The notes under the pieces were generated by a model. That model saw nothing but the letters and a program-made list of their open reading frames with translations, was not told the origin of the DNA and ran no database searches. From Candidatus Eiseniibacteriota bacterium (GTDB lineage Bacteria > Eisenbacteria > RBG-16-71-46), in contig CAVUWA010000009.1 in assembly GCA_963744995.1 (NCBI GenBank), forward strand, positions 96,001 through 160,000: a DNA stretch of 64,000 bases, read 5' to 3'. A program made the translations under genes and the position numbers. How positions within the stretch are numbered: position 1 is the first letter of the stretch; each line of letters opens with the position of its first letter. Below are positions 1 through 11,099 of the stretch, piece after piece.

Positions 1-519
1 CGCGCCGACGACGTGCTTGCCGGCGATCACCGGGGTGACGGTCGTCTGATAGTGCATGCCGGATTCGACCAGGATTCCCGCGGCGCTGCGGCCGGCGAGG
101 GCGGCTTTCACCAGCGCCTCGCGACCGGCGGCGGTCGAGGCATCGCGTCCGACCGAGGCGACCAGACGGCCTTCGGCATTGGTGACCTCGAACAGGTCGG
201 CCTGGGTGATGCGGTTGAAGTCCAGCGCGACGCCGGCCACGGTCGCGCGCAGCTGCGGATCGTCGTGCGTGCCGGGGATGGTCAGCACCGAGAAGAACTT
301 GGGATCCGCGACGATCACGCGCGCCGCGACCTCGAGCGCGTGTTCACGCGCGTCGACGAGGTCGTCGAGCACGGCGGAGGCGCGTTCGAGGTCACGCTCG
401 ATACCGTCGTGTACCTGGCCGGAAATGCTGTGGTTCACGACCCACAACGCGATGAAGGCCAGCCCGACGAGTGGCAGCACCGTGAACAGCATGATCTTCC
501 AGCGCAGTCGCAGACGCAT
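1..519 (-). CDS. Membrane-anchored sensor protein, N-terminal part (TM helix plus Cache-like domain); runs off the window edge, so the output domain is not visible
   Basis: My translation of the minus strand from ATG at 519: MRLRLRWKIMLFTVLPLVGLAFIALWVVNHSISGQVHDGIERDLERASAVL...ADLFEVTNAEGRLVASVG...YQTTVTPVIAGKHVVG. Open to position 1. Starts 1 nt after the upstream stop. Absent from the ORF track. Confidence 0.7.
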   Translation of the reverse strand, partial: MRLRLRWKIMLFTVLPLVGLAFIALWVVNHSISGQVHDGIERDLERASAVLDDLVDAREHALEVAARVIVADPKFFSVLTIPGTHDDPQLRATVAGVALDFNRITQADLFEVTNAEGRLVASVGRDASTAAGREALVKAALAGRSAAGILVESGMHYQTTVTPVIAGKHVVGA

Positions 520-520
520 C

Positions 521-1195
521 TCAGTAGCCCAGTGCGACGCGCACGTCGCCGCTGTCCGGCACGGCGGCGGTCGCACGCGCCTCGCCGAAGTCGGGGTGCC
601 AGAGCACCAGCCGGTACGTACCGGGGGGCAGGTCGGGAAGCGTGAAGGCACCGGCGGCGTCGGGTTGCGTGAACGCGCGATTCGGCAGCACGACGATGAA
701 TGCCTCCATGTTGGAGTGGATGTCGCAGAACACCCGCACGAGGCCGGCCTTCCGGAAGCGCACCTGCCGCGACTGGCCGCGCGGGTACTTGCCGAGGTCG
801 AAGCGCTGCACCGGCGAGAGGCTGAAGACGTTGTGGTAGATCGCGTCACGGTTCGGGAAGTCGACTGCGGTGCCCACGGCGACCGGCAGCACGTGCGGCA
901 CGAACGACTGGTGTTCCTGCACGAGTCGCGGCCGGAGCGGGCTCGAGGGCAGGCTGTCGGCGACCGCGGGGGCGAGGCTCTCGACGTAGATCACGGCATC
1001 CTCTGCAAGTCCCTGCACGGGCGGTGCGGCGTCAGGCAGCGCGTTGGCGTTGCCGGCGTAGGGCTGCAGCGCCACGGGTGCGCGGGGCAACGCGGGCAGA
1101 CGCACCGTGCCGCGAATCACGCCGGCGCCGGCCGCCGGGGCGTAAGCCACCAGCAGCAGGACGGCCAGCCATCGTCCGTGGGTCTGGGTCGTCAA
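521..1195 (-). CDS. Exported cupredoxin-fold protein with C-terminal carboxypeptidase-regulatory-like Ig domain
   Basis: Signal peptide (RWLAVLLLVAYAPAAGA), FPNRDAIYHNVFS and VFCDIHSNM (His/Cys/His/Met type-1 Cu ligand pattern), and DLPPGTYRLVLWHP. TTG start chosen after an AAGGA RBS-like site. Confidence 0.8.
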   Translation of the reverse strand: MTTQTHGRWLAVLLLVAYAPAAGAGVIRGTVRLPALPRAPVALQPYAGNANALPDAAPPVQGLAEDAVIYVESLAPAVADSLPSSPLRPRLVQEHQSFVPHVLPVAVGTAVDFPNRDAIYHNVFSLSPVQRFDLGKYPRGQSRQVRFRKAGLVRVFCDIHSNMEAFIVVLPNRAFTQPDAAGAFTLPDLPPGTYRLVLWHPDFGEARATAAVPDSGDVRVALGY

Positions 1196-1359
1196 GACCG
1201 TCTCGTCCTTGAGTGGGTGCGCGCGGCCCGGTTCACTCGGGTTTTCGGCCCGGGGGAGGGCGATCTTGAGGGTCCGATCGGGGACCTGACGGCACCGGCG
1301 CGGGCCGCGCGGCCGCCCGGAGGTCCGCACGGGACCGTCCGGGCGCCGGCGCTCGGGGC

Positions 1360-2547
1360 TCAGCGGTAGGCGGGGATGCCGGTGACGGCCTCGCCGAGCA
1401 CCAGGGTGTGGATGTTGTGCGTGCCCTCGTAGGTCTTGACCGACTCGAGGTTGCACATGTGGCGGATCACCGGGTACTCGGCGGTGATTCCGTTGGCGCC
1501 GAGGATGTCGCGCGCCTCGCGCGCGATGTCGAGGGCGATTTCACAGTTGTTGCGCTTGGCGAGCGAGATCTGCTCCGGGGTCACCGTGCCGCGCTCCTTC
1601 ATGCGGCCGAGCTGGACGCACAGCAGCTGCGCTTTGGTGATCTCGGTGAGCATGTCGGCAAACTTCGCCTGAATGAGCTGGAACGAGCCGATCGGCTTGT
1701 CGAACTGGATACGGCTCTTCGAGTACTCGGTCGCGGCGTGGAAGCACGCCATGGCCGCGCCGACCACGCCGAACGCGATGCCGTAGCGCGCCTGCGAGAG
1801 GCAGCCGAGCGGGGCCTTGAGGCCCACGCCGTTCGGCAGCAGGTTCGCCTCGGGCACGAACACGTCCTCGAGGATCAGCTCGCTCGTGACCGAGGCCCGC
1901 AGCGAGTGCTTGCGTTTCTGCTCGGGCGCGGTGAAGCCCTTCGTGCCCTTCTCGACCAGGAAGCCGCGGATCCGCTCGCGGCCGTCGGCTTCGTCCTTGA
2001 GCCGCGCCCATACCACGGCCAGGTCGGCCACGGTGCCGTTGGTGATCCACATCTTCGCGCCGTTGAGGACGTAGCCGCCGTCCTGCTTCACCGCACGGGT
2101 GAGCATGCCGGCAGGATTCGAGCCGAAGTCGGGTTCGGTGAGGCCGAAGCAGCCGATCACCTCGCCCTGCGCCATCTTCGGCAGCCATTTGACGCGCTGT
2201 TCCTCGCTGCCGTAGGCGAAGATCGGGTACATCACGAGTGCGCCCTGCACGGAGGCGAACGAACGCAGGCCCGAATCGCCGCGCTCCAGTTCCTGCATCG
2301 CGAGCCCGTAGGCGGTCGCGCTGACCTCTGCGCAGCCGTACTTCTCGGGGAGCGAGGCGCCGAGCAGGCCCATCTCCGCGACTTCGGGGATCACCTCGGC
2401 CGGGAAGCGCGCCGCTTCGTAGGCTTCCTCGATGAGCGGCAGATATCGTTCTTCCACCCAGCCGCGCACGTGGTCGCGGATCTGGATCTCTTCTTCGGTC
2501 AGGAGCGAGTCGATCTCGTAGAAGTCGACTCCGGTGAATCGGGACAT
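1360..2547 (-). CDS. gcdH: Acyl-CoA dehydrogenase, glutaryl-CoA dehydrogenase-like
   Basis: GCFGLTEPDFGSNP, LNGAKMWITNG, RIQFDKPIGSFQLIQ, NLESVKTYEGTHNIH. ATG at 2547 follows a GAGGAG RBS. Confidence 0.85.
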   Translation of the reverse strand: MSRFTGVDFYEIDSLLTEEEIQIRDHVRGWVEERYLPLIEEAYEAARFPAEVIPEVAEMGLLGASLPEKYGCAEVSATAYGLAMQELERGDSGLRSFASVQGALVMYPIFAYGSEEQRVKWLPKMAQGEVIGCFGLTEPDFGSNPAGMLTRAVKQDGGYVLNGAKMWITNGTVADLAVVWARLKDEADGRERIRGFLVEKGTKGFTAPEQKRKHSLRASVTSELILEDVFVPEANLLPNGVGLKAPLGCLSQARYGIAFGVVGAAMACFHAATEYSKSRIQFDKPIGSFQLIQAKFADMLTEITKAQLLCVQLGRMKERGTVTPEQISLAKRNNCEIALDIAREARDILGANGITAEYPVIRHMCNLESVKTYEGTHNIHTLVLGEAVTGIPAYR

Positions 2548-2721
2548 TCGGAGCTCCTCTTGCGCACGAGTGCGCATGGTGGTGAGCTGCAGCGCGACGG
2601 AGTATAGGCGGCGTCCGAAGGGCTCACAACCGCCCGCGGCCGTGCTTGCAGGCCGCCCGCCGGCCCGGCATGCTGCTCGGATGCGACCCGTCCGACCCGC
2701 CTCGATGGAGGACCGCCCGCC

Positions 2722-4447
2722 ATGCCGCCGACCCGTTCCGCCCGTTCCGTCCGCGCCGTCCTTCACGCGGGGGCGCTGGCGATGAGCGTGCTGCTCCATC
2801 AGAGCGCGGCGGCCCACCCGGCGCGCGGCGCGGCGTCGCGCTCGGTGGTGCACGCACCGCACGGCATGGTGGCCGCCGCACAGCCGCTCGCGGTGCAGGC
2901 GGGCGTGGAGGTGCTCCGCAGGGGCGGCACGGCGGTGGACGCTGCGATCGCCGTCAACGCGTGCCTCGGGCTGATGGAGCCCACCGCGAACGGCCTCGGC
3001 GGGGATCTGTTCGCGATCGTCTGGGATCCGAAGCAGAAGCAGGTCGTCGGGCTCAATGCGTCCGGGCGCGCGCCTTTCGCGATCTCGATCGACAAGGTGA
3101 AGCCGAACGACGACGGCACGATCCCGCTCTACGATCCGGCGTCGTGGACGGTGCCGGGCTGCGCCGACGGCTGGTTCACGCTGCACGAGCGGTTCGGGCG
3201 GCTGCCGATGAAGGAGCTGCTCGCGCCCGCGATCGGCTACGCGGAGGACGGGTTTCCGCTCTCGCCGGTGATCGCCTCGGACTGGCAGCGCTCGGTGCCG
3301 CGCTTCCAGGACAAGCCCGGCTTCGCCGAGGTGTTCATGCCCGGCGGTCGCGCGCCCCTGGAAGGGGAGATCTTCCGCAACCCGGCGCTCGCGAAGACGC
3401 TGCGTGCGCTGGCCGCCGGCGGCCGCGCCGCCTGCTACAAGGGCGACATCGCGAAGGCGATCGTGCGCTACTCGGAGGCGAACGGCGGCTGGTTCACCAT
3501 GAAGGACTTCACGAGCCACCATTCGACGTGGGATGTGCCGATCACCACGAACTACCGCGGTTACGACGTCTGGGAGCTGCCGCCCAACGGGCAGGGGCTC
3601 GCCGCGCTCGAGATGATGAACATCCTCGAGACCTTCGACCTCCGGTCCATGGGGCGCGAGTCGCCGGATTTCTGGCACGTGATGGTCGAGGCGAAGAAGC
3701 TGGCGTTCGCCGATCGCGCCCGCTATTACGCCGACCCGGCGTTCGTGCAGGTGCCGATCGAGGCGCTGCTCGGCAAAGCCTATGGAAAGCAGCGCGCCGC
3801 GCTCATCGACATGGAGCACGCGGCGGAGACCGACGAGCCCGGGGACGTCGCGGCGCTCGGCCGCAGCGAGACGACGTTCCTGTGCACGGCCGATTCGGAA
3901 GGCATGATGGTCGCGCTCATTCAGAGCAACTACACGGGATTCGGCTCGGGCTACGTGATCCCCGAGCTGGGCTTCGGGCTGCAGGATCGCGGCGGGCTGT
4001 TCTCGCTCGACCCGCGCACCCAACCGCCTCGAAGGCGGCAAGCGCCCGTTCCATACGATCATCCCCGCGTTCCTCACGAAGGACGGCACCCCGCTCATGG
4101 CGTTCGGCGTGATGGGCGGCGACATGCAGCCGCAGGGGCATGCGCAGATCCTCGTGAACCTGCTGGACTTCGGCATGAACCTCCAGGAAGCGGGCGACGT
4201 GCCGCGCTTCTACCACACGGGCTCGAGCGAGCCGACCGGCACGACGATGACCGGCGGCGGCGAGCTGCACATCGAGGACGGTCTCGACCCGGCGATTCTC
4301 GAGACCCTGAAAGCGCGCGGCCACGTGATCACGCCGGTGTCGGTGGGCGCGTACGGCGGCTATCAGGCCATCTGGCGCGATCCTTCGACCGGCGCCTACA
4401 CCGGAGCTACGGAGCAGCGCAAGGACGGCTGCGCGATGGGCTACTAG
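2722..4447 (+). CDS. ggt: Gamma-glutamyltransferase (Ntn hydrolase), frameshifted near 4009-4026 (sequencing error or pseudogene)
   Basis: [29 protein letters not shown] and the ETT autocleavage motif are in frame 1. [24 protein letters not shown] and RKDGCAMGY* continue in frame 2. Confidence 0.9.
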
Positions 4448-4589
4448 CGCCGCGCTGCGTGCACGCAGCGCCTTCGCCCGGCGGCGATTCGCCCGCGAAT
4501 CCCCAAGCGCCGCATGCGGTTGCCGCCAGGGCCGCGGTCAGGTAACCTCAACCGGCGTTCCACGATCCCCCTTCCGGGAGAATCCCCCT

Positions 4590-6719
4590 ATGGCGGTCCG
4601 TTCTTCGACCTCCTTCAAGAAACATCACGGCCTGTCCGCCGCGGAGCTCATCGCCCTCTACCGCAACATGTTCATGTCGCGGCGGCTCGATGACGAGGAG
4701 ATCCGGCTCAAGAAGCTGAACCTGGTCTTCTTCCAGATCTCGGGCGCGGGACACGAAGCCGTACTCACCGCCGCCGGCAAGGTGCTGAAGCCCGGCTACG
4801 ACTGGTTCTACCCCTACTACCGCGACCGCGCGCTGTGCCTGCAGCTCGGCATGAGCGCCGAGGAGATGCTGTCCTCGTCGGTGGCTGCGGCCGACGATCC
4901 CAATTCGGGCGGCCGGCAGATGCCGAGTCACTGGGGTCACGGCGATCTGAACGTAGTCACGCAGAGCAGCCCGACCGGCACGCAGTTTCTGCAGGCGGTC
5001 GGCGCCGCCGAAGCGCTGGTGAAATACGCGGCGCTCGAGAAGGACCACCCCGAGCTCAAGGGCCGCGTGAAGGGCGACGAGGTGGTCTACGTCTCGGCCG
5101 GCGACGGCACCACCAGCGAGGGCGAGTTCTGGGAGGCGATGAACAGCGCCTGCAACCTGAAGCTGCCGGTGCTGTTCCTGATCGAGGACAACGGTTACGC
5201 GATCTCGGTGCCGGTGGACGTGCAGACCGCGGGCGGCAACGTGGCGCAGCTGGTGCGCAACTTCCCGAACCTCCACTGGGTCGGCGAGATCAACGGCAAC
5301 GATCCGGTGGAGTCCTACGGCATTCTCAAGGAAGCGGTGGACTACTGCCGCGCGCGCAAGGGACCTGCGTTCGTGCGCGCCACGGTGACCCGTCCGTACT
5401 CGCACTCGATGTCCGACGACGAGTCCAAGTACAAGACCAGGGCCGAGCGCGCCGACGAGGCCGAGCGCGACTGCCTGCGCACGTTTTCGCGCTACCTGGT
5501 GGATGAGGGCGTGCTCGACGAGGCAGGGCTCGAAACCCTGCACCAGGAGGTGCTGGCCGAAATCCAGGAGGCCAGCGAGCGCGTGCAGAAGAAGTCGCAG
5601 CCCGATCCGGCGACGGCGCTCGAGTACGTCTATTCGCCCGACGTGGATCCGACCTCCGACGCCTTCGCCACCGAGCCGAAAGTCGACGATCCGCAGAAGA
5701 CCGAAACGATCCTGCAGCAGATCAACTACTGCCTGCGCGACGAGATGCGGCGCGATCCGCGCATCGTGATGTTCGGCGAGGACGTCGCCGACGCCTCGCG
5801 CGAGGAGGCGCTGGAGGAGACCAAGGGCAAGGGCGGCGTGTTCGGTGTCACCTGGGGGCTGCAGAAGCTGTTCGGCGGCGAGCGCGTCTACAACTCGCCG
5901 CTCGCCGAGGCGAACATCGTCGGCCGCGCCATCGGACTCGCGACCATGGGCCTGAAGCCCGTGGTCGAGGTGCAGTTCTTCGACTACATCTGGCCGGCGT
6001 TCATGCAGATGCGCAACGAGCTGTCGACGATCCGCTGGCGATCGAACAACGTGTTCAAGGCGCCGGCGGTCATCCGCACCGCGTACGGCGGCTACCTGCG
6101 CGGCGGAGCGCCCTACCACAGCCAGTGCGGCGAGACCCTGTTCACGCACACGCCGGGGGTGCGCGTGGTGATCCCGAGCGATGCGATGGACGCGAACGGG
6201 CTGATGCGCACCGCGATCCGCTGCGACGACCCGGTGCTGTTCCTCGAGCACAAGCACCTCTACCGCCAGCCCTACGCGAAGGCGCCGTACCCGGGGCCGG
6301 ACTACATGGTGCCGTTCGGCCGCGCGCGCAGGGTGCGCGAGGGCTCGCACGTCACCGTGGTCACCTACGGCGCGCTGGTGCAGCGCAGCTACCTCGCCGC
6401 GCAGGAAGCGGCCGAAGAGGGGATCGAGACCGAGATCCTCGACCTGCGCACGCTGCAGCCGGTGGACTACGAGGCGATCGCGAAGTCGGTGCAGAAGACC
6501 GGTCGCGTGATCCTCGCCCACGAGGACGTGATGTTCTGCGGTTTCGGTGCGGAGCTCGCAGCGTGGATCGCGAGCGAGCTGTTCATGGATCTCGACGCGC
6601 CGATCCGGCGCGTGGCGGCGCTGGACTGCTTCGTCGCCTACGCGCCCACGATGGAAGACCACATCCTGCCGCAGAAGGACGACGTGCTGAAGGCGATCCG
6701 CGAGACCGCGGCGTTCTAG
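4590..6719 (+). CDS. Fused alpha/beta E1 subunit of a 2-oxoacid (probably branched-chain) dehydrogenase, TPP-dependent
   Basis: [12 protein letters not shown]...NGYAIS TPP motif, [35 protein letters not shown]. Confidence 0.92.
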   Translation: MAVRSSTSFKKHHGLSAAELIALYRNMFMSRRLDDEEIRLKKLNLVFFQISGAGHEAVLTAAGKVLKPGYDWFYPYYRDRALCLQLGMSAEEMLSSSVAAADDPNSGGRQMPSHWGHGDLNVVTQSSPTGTQFLQAVGAAEALVKYAALEKDHPELKGRVKGDEVVYVSAGDGTTSEGEFWEAMNSACNLKLPVLFLIEDNGYAISVPVDVQTAGGNVAQLVRNFPNLHWVGEINGNDPVESYGILKEAVDYCRARKGPAFVRATVTRPYSHSMSDDESKYKTRAERADEAERDCLRTFSRYLVDEGVLDEAGLETLHQEVLAEIQEASERVQKKSQPDPATALEYVYSPDVDPTSDAFATEPKVDDPQKTETILQQINYCLRDEMRRDPRIVMFGEDVADASREEALEETKGKGGVFGVTWGLQKLFGGERVYNSPLAEANIVGRAIGLATMGLKPVVEVQFFDYIWPAFMQMRNELSTIRWRSNNVFKAPAVIRTAYGGYLRGGAPYHSQCGETLFTHTPGVRVVIPSDAMDANGLMRTAIRCDDPVLFLEHKHLYRQPYAKAPYPGPDYMVPFGRARRVREGSHVTVVTYGALVQRSYLAAQEAAEEGIETEILDLRTLQPVDYEAIAKSVQKTGRVILAHEDVMFCGFGAELAAWIASELFMDLDAPIRRVAALDCFVAYAPTMEDHILPQKDDVLKAIRETAAF

Positions 6720-6729
6720 ACGTCCGGCT

Positions 6730-9252
6730 TCAGTGACCCGGCGGCGCCGCGCTCTTCGCAGCGCGGGGCGTTTCGTTTCCGGGCACGAGCAGCGTGGTGC
6801 GTGCCCCTTCCGCGCGCATGAGACGCGCCCAGTCCATGTCGAGCTCGACCGGCACGTGGTCCGCCCAGCGCTGTTCGAGATCGGTCGCGTGCGGCCCCTC
6901 GAGATCCCCCGAGTTGCCGGGGGTCACCATCACCCAGGCGCGATCGGCGACGCCGAGGTCCACGACGTTTCGGAACACCGGCGCGTGCGTCACCGCCGTG
7001 TGCCCCGGCAGGAGGGAGGCGCCCACGCACGGCGTGCCGCCGTCGCCGTCCACGGCGAGCGTGTCCGGCATGTGCGCGGCGACTTCGGGCCGGTCGCCGA
7101 GCGGGTGGCTGAAGCGGGCGCGGTGTACCGCACCGTAGGCGCGCGGGGGGCCGGCAGCGTCGAGCACGGGGCCGAGCGCCGCGAGGGCGTCGCCGAGCGC
7201 GGCGGTGACCGCGTGGGCCGGCGGGTCGGCCCGGCCGGTCGCGGGATCGGTCAGCGACTCCGGCGCACGACCGTCCAGCGCCGCGGCCAGCCGCCCCGGC
7301 AGGCCGTCGAGTCCCGTGCGGTGCTGGAGCGTGTTGAGCCACGCCCAGAACAGCGCCGGGGCGAGCCGGTCGCGGGCGGCCTCGAGGTGCCACGCGGCAA
7401 GCGTGTCGAGCGCGGCGCGCTCGGCCGGACTCAGGCGATCCGCGGCGGAGTCCGCCGCGGCGAGCAGCATCGGCAGGAAGCGCGCGGCGCGCAGCGAGAA
7501 CCGGTCGGCCTGGACGTCGATCAGCGAATCCGCGGTCACGCCGCGTGCGCCGCGCAGGCGCTGGTCGATGCGGATGGCGCGATCCATGGACCAGTCGAAA
7601 CGCGGCAACGGCACCGGGAACGCGGCGCCCGCGGGCAGGTTGTTGGCGCTGACCACCCAGCCGTCCGCCGGGGCGCGCCAGGCCGGCATCTCGGCTGCGG
7701 GCACGATCCCGAGCCATTCGTCGCGGCCGTCGCCCCGCGCCGGTCCGCGGCCCGGGTCGTGCGCGCGCCACGGCAGCGCGCCCGCGGCGCGATAGCGCAC
7801 GTCGCCCGAGCGGTCGGCCATCACCACGTTGATCCCGGGCGTCACCAGCGTCGCCCAGCGCGCGTCGAGTTCCGCGGCGCTCGCCGAGCGCTCGAGCCCC
7901 ATCATTCGGGTGAGCGAGACCGAGTCGGTGAGCGCGCTCCAGCGGAGGCCGTAGGCGATGCGCGCCTTGCGATCCCAGATCAGGATCGGGCCGTGCGGAC
8001 CGTAGCGGCGCGACTGCCCGAAGGGCGGCAGCGGAACGCCGAGGAAGCGGTAGCGCATCGTGAACGGCTCGACGCGCACCCGGTGCCATGCGCCGTCCGG
8101 GCCTTTGACCGAGCGGCCGTCGGTCGAGATCGAATCGGCGTACACGTCGAGCATGTCGGCCGAGAGCGCGGTGATGCCCCACGCGCAGTCGCGGTTGCGG
8201 CCCGACACGATCGCCGGCAGCCCGGGCGGGAACGCGCCGGCGGCATCCACCACGCCGGGCACGGTGACGTGGATCGCCATCACCGCCGACGGCACCGTGA
8301 GGCCCAGGTGCATGTCGTTCGCGAGGACGGGCATGCCGTGCGCGCCGCGGCGGGGCCCGACGGCGAACGCGTTGCTCGCGCGGCCCGGGCCGGATTCGCG
8401 CCGGCCGAACGCGGCGCGCAGCGGTTCGACGGTGGCCTCGAGGCTGCGGGCGAGAGCGGCGGAGGCGGAGGTGCGTCGCCTCGCCCGGGGCCGCGGACCG
8501 TCCCCGCCCGCCGCGCGAGCCGCCGCCGCGCCGGCCGCCGGCATGCCCCGCCAGATGCGCCGCGCGGCGCTGTCGGGGATGGTCGCGTACTGGACGCCGG
8601 ACTCGTAGCGGCGCAGATCGGCGACGCCGGCCTTGCCGAGCGAGTCGACGAGCGCGCGCTCGCGCAGCTCCGAGAGATCGAGGTCGAGCAGCACGCCCAG
8701 CGACCACAGCAGCAGGCAGCTGTCCTCGGGGCGCCAGCGCTCGGGCGTCACCCCGAGCGTGCGGAACTCGACCGGCCACGGCGCCGCGCCCCGCTCGCAG
8801 CGCTCGAGCCAGGCGTTGATGCCGTCGGTGTAGCGCCGGAGCGCGGGCCCGACGCGCGGATCGTCTCTTTCGCGCGCCCACAGCCGCGCGGCGTAGCCGC
8901 TGAAGCCGAGCAGCTGGGCCGCGCCGTCCGCGCGCAGCACGCCGTTGCCCATCCAGCGCCAGCGCTCGCCGCGCGCCGCGGCGCGGTTGTGCATGATCTG
9001 CCACAGGCGCTCGCGCGCGGTCACGTAGCCCCAGGCGAAGTAGAGATCGTCGAGCGACTCGGCCCTCACGTGCGGGATGCCGTTTGCGTCGGTCACGATC
9101 CGCACCGGCGCCGTGAGTCCCGGGGCGTGCACCAGCGAGTCGGGCGCGAACGCGGCGCGCGGCGCGTGCCCGGGCCCGCGCGCGCATCCGGCGAGCGCGC
9201 ACGCGACGAGCGCGAATGTCACGGACGCGAATGCCGTTCGTGTGGATCGCAT
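6730..9252 (-). CDS. Penicillin acylase family (Ntn hydrolase) lipoprotein
   Basis: Lipobox LAGC, DANGIPHV, FAWGYVTARERLWQ, beta-chain nucleophile SNAFAVG, LANDMHL, SANN. Confidence 0.9.
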   Translation of the reverse strand: MRSTRTAFASVTFALVACALAGCARGPGHAPRAAFAPDSLVHAPGLTAPVRIVTDANGIPHVRAESLDDLYFAWGYVTARERLWQIMHNRAAARGERWRWMGNGVLRADGAAQLLGFSGYAARLWARERDDPRVGPALRRYTDGINAWLERCERGAAPWPVEFRTLGVTPERWRPEDSCLLLWSLGVLLDLDLSELRERALVDSLGKAGVADLRRYESGVQYATIPDSAARRIWRGMPAAGAAAARAAGGDGPRPRARRRTSASAALARSLEATVEPLRAAFGRRESGPGRASNAFAVGPRRGAHGMPVLANDMHLGLTVPSAVMAIHVTVPGVVDAAGAFPPGLPAIVSGRNRDCAWGITALSADMLDVYADSISTDGRSVKGPDGAWHRVRVEPFTMRYRFLGVPLPPFGQSRRYGPHGPILIWDRKARIAYGLRWSALTDSVSLTRMMGLERSASAAELDARWATLVTPGINVVMADRSGDVRYRAAGALPWRAHDPGRGPARGDGRDEWLGIVPAAEMPAWRAPADGWVVSANNLPAGAAFPVPLPRFDWSMDRAIRIDQRLRGARGVTADSLIDVQADRFSLRAARFLPMLLAAADSAADRLSPAERAALDTLAAWHLEAARDRLAPALFWAWLNTLQHRTGLDGLPGRLAAALDGRAPESLTDPATGRADPPAHAVTAALGDALAALGPVLDAAGPPRAYGAVHRARFSHPLGDRPEVAAHMPDTLAVDGDGGTPCVGASLLPGHTAVTHAPVFRNVVDLGVADRAWVMVTPGNSGDLEGPHATDLEQRWADHVPVELDMDWARLMRAEGARTTLLVPGNETPRAAKSAAPPGH

Positions 9253-9312
9253 GATCGTTCTCCCAATCGCGTGTGCTAACGTGCCGCGCACTATCGGCGA
9301 AACGGAGGCGCG

Positions 9313-10221
9313 ATGACAATCGGTCTCGATCTGGGAGGCACGGATCTCAAGGCGGGGCGGGTCGACGCCGATGGAGTGCTCGACGGTTTCGAGCGCCGTC
9401 CCTCGCGCGCCGCCGAGAGCGCCACCGCGCCGCTCGATGCCGCCATCGAGGTCGCACGCGCGCTGCTCGCGCGCGGCGGCGTGCATGCGGTCGGGCTCGG
9501 CGTGCCGGGCGCGATCGACCCGGCGAGCGGCGCACTGGTCGGCCGCACGCCCCACTTTCCGCACTGGGTCGACGAGCCGATCGCGGCGCGCCTCGCCGCG
9601 GCGCTCGGCGTCCCCGTGACCGTGGACAACGACGCCAACGCCCACGCCTACGCCGAACATCGCCTGGGGGCGGCGCAGGGTGCCCGGGTCTCGATCACCG
9701 TGACGCTCGGCACCGGCGTGGGCGGTGGCATCGTCGCCGGCGACCACGTGCTGCGCGGCGCTTTCGGGGGCGCGGGCGAGCTGGGCCACATGCCGCTGGG
9801 GTCGGGAGAGATGGCCTGCGCGTGCGGCATCGAGAACTGCGCCGAGCCCGAGATGTCGGCGAGCGGTCTGGTGCGTGCGGGTCGCGCCGCCGGGCTCGAG
9901 GTGTCGTGCGGCGCCGACGTGTTTGCGCTGGCCGCGCGCGGCGAGCGCACGGCGATCGTGTTGATCGATCGGATGGGCGACCGTCTCGGCGCGGCCATCG
10001 CCGCCGCCATCGGGATCGTCAATCCCGACGTCGTGGTCATCGGCGGCGGGCTCGCGCAGGCCGGCGAGCCGCTGTTCGCCCGGGTGCGCGCGGCGGTGGG
10101 CCGCTACGCCCTGCCCTCGCACCGCCGCGGCCTGCGCATCGCCCCGGCAGGACTCGGCGAGCAAGCGGGCGTGATCGGCGCGGCGTTGCTGGCGGCTCAG
10201 GCGCATGGCGTGGGGGACTGA
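9313..10221 (+). CDS. ROK family sugar kinase (glucokinase-like)
   Basis: GLDLGGT, DNDAN, TLGTGVGGG, GELGH, CACGIENCAE zinc motif. GGAGG RBS. Confidence 0.92.
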   Translation: MTIGLDLGGTDLKAGRVDADGVLDGFERRPSRAAESATAPLDAAIEVARALLARGGVHAVGLGVPGAIDPASGALVGRTPHFPHWVDEPIAARLAAALGVPVTVDNDANAHAYAEHRLGAAQGARVSITVTLGTGVGGGIVAGDHVLRGAFGGAGELGHMPLGSGEMACACGIENCAEPEMSASGLVRAGRAAGLEVSCGADVFALAARGERTAIVLIDRMGDRLGAAIAAAIGIVNPDVVVIGGGLAQAGEPLFARVRAAVGRYALPSHRRGLRIAPAGLGEQAGVIGAALLAAQAHGVGD

Positions 10222-10355
10222 GGGGCCATCGGGCCGCCCGGCCGATATCTGATGTACACTGCGGACCCAGGTCCAAGCGGCGGTGTCCGTCGCACCGGGG
10301 TCCACCCGATCCCGGCGGCAAGGCGGATCAGTCCTCACCAAATCAGGACGATGCA

Positions 10356-11048
10356 ATGTCACGAACGCTCACACCCCGGTGGTGGCTCGTCGTCGTGGCC
10401 GGGTTCCTTTGCCTGCTGCCTCTCGGAGCGTGCTCCGGGAAGCAGGATTCAGGGCAGCTCGCGCAAGGGGACGCGCAGAAGTCGGAAGAACCGGCGCCAG
10501 CCGAGGCTGGGCCCGCGGAGGCCGTCGAGCCGGTGGGGGAACCGGCGGCGCCGCCCGAAACCGCCGCAGAGACCCCGGGGCCTTCGGCTCCCGCCCTGAC
10601 GCCCGCGCCCAAGGCAAAGACGGAGACGCCTCCCGCCCCGCCCGCTCCGAGCGCCTCACCGGGGGCTGAGACGCCCGCACCGTCCAAGGCGCCCCCGGAA
10701 GCCGCGCCGCCGCCGCCGCCACCTGCCGGAATCGTGGCGGTGCCCGCCACCAAGCCAGGCCTCAGCCGTGTCGGCCCGGAGAAGTGCAAGCTCTGCCACA
10801 AGCTCCAGTACAACTCGTGGGTGGCATCGGCGCATGCGGCGCGGAAACCACCGCTCGAGTGCGAGTCGTGTCACGGAAACGGGAGCGAGTACGCGACCCT
10901 CTCGATCATGAAGGACATCGAGAAGGCGCGCGCCGCCGGGCTGGTCATTCCCGAGGAATCCTTCTGCAGGACCTGCCATACGACCAAGTGGCAGGACGAC
11001 ATGCTGCAGCGGGTGCACGCACACAAGCCCAGCGCGCCCCAGGACTGA
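10356..11048 (+). CDS. Trihaem c-type cytochrome lipoprotein with a long Pro/Ala-rich tether
   Basis: Lipobox LGAC, an approximately 110-aa P/A/E-rich linker, and three CxxCH motifs (CKLCH, CESCH, CRTCH). Confidence 0.85.
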   Translation: MSRTLTPRWWLVVVAGFLCLLPLGACSGKQDSGQLAQGDAQKSEEPAPAEAGPAEAVEPVGEPAAPPETAAETPGPSAPALTPAPKAKTETPPAPPAPSASPGAETPAPSKAPPEAAPPPPPPAGIVAVPATKPGLSRVGPEKCKLCHKLQYNSWVASAHAARKPPLECESCHGNGSEYATLSIMKDIEKARAAGLVIPEESFCRTCHTTKWQDDMLQRVHAHKPSAPQD

Positions 11049-11099
11049 AAACAGGCGGGGTCGCGAGCATTCCGTTCATGGGAGCGTTGCGACGATTGG

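Noticed and set aside
4009..4026. Programmed ribosomal frameshift in ggt
   Set aside because: No slippery heptamer. Two separate missing bases are needed, which fits sequencing error better.
4590..6719. Fused E1 alpha/beta without adjacent E2/E3
   Set aside because: Known architecture in several phyla, so not novel.
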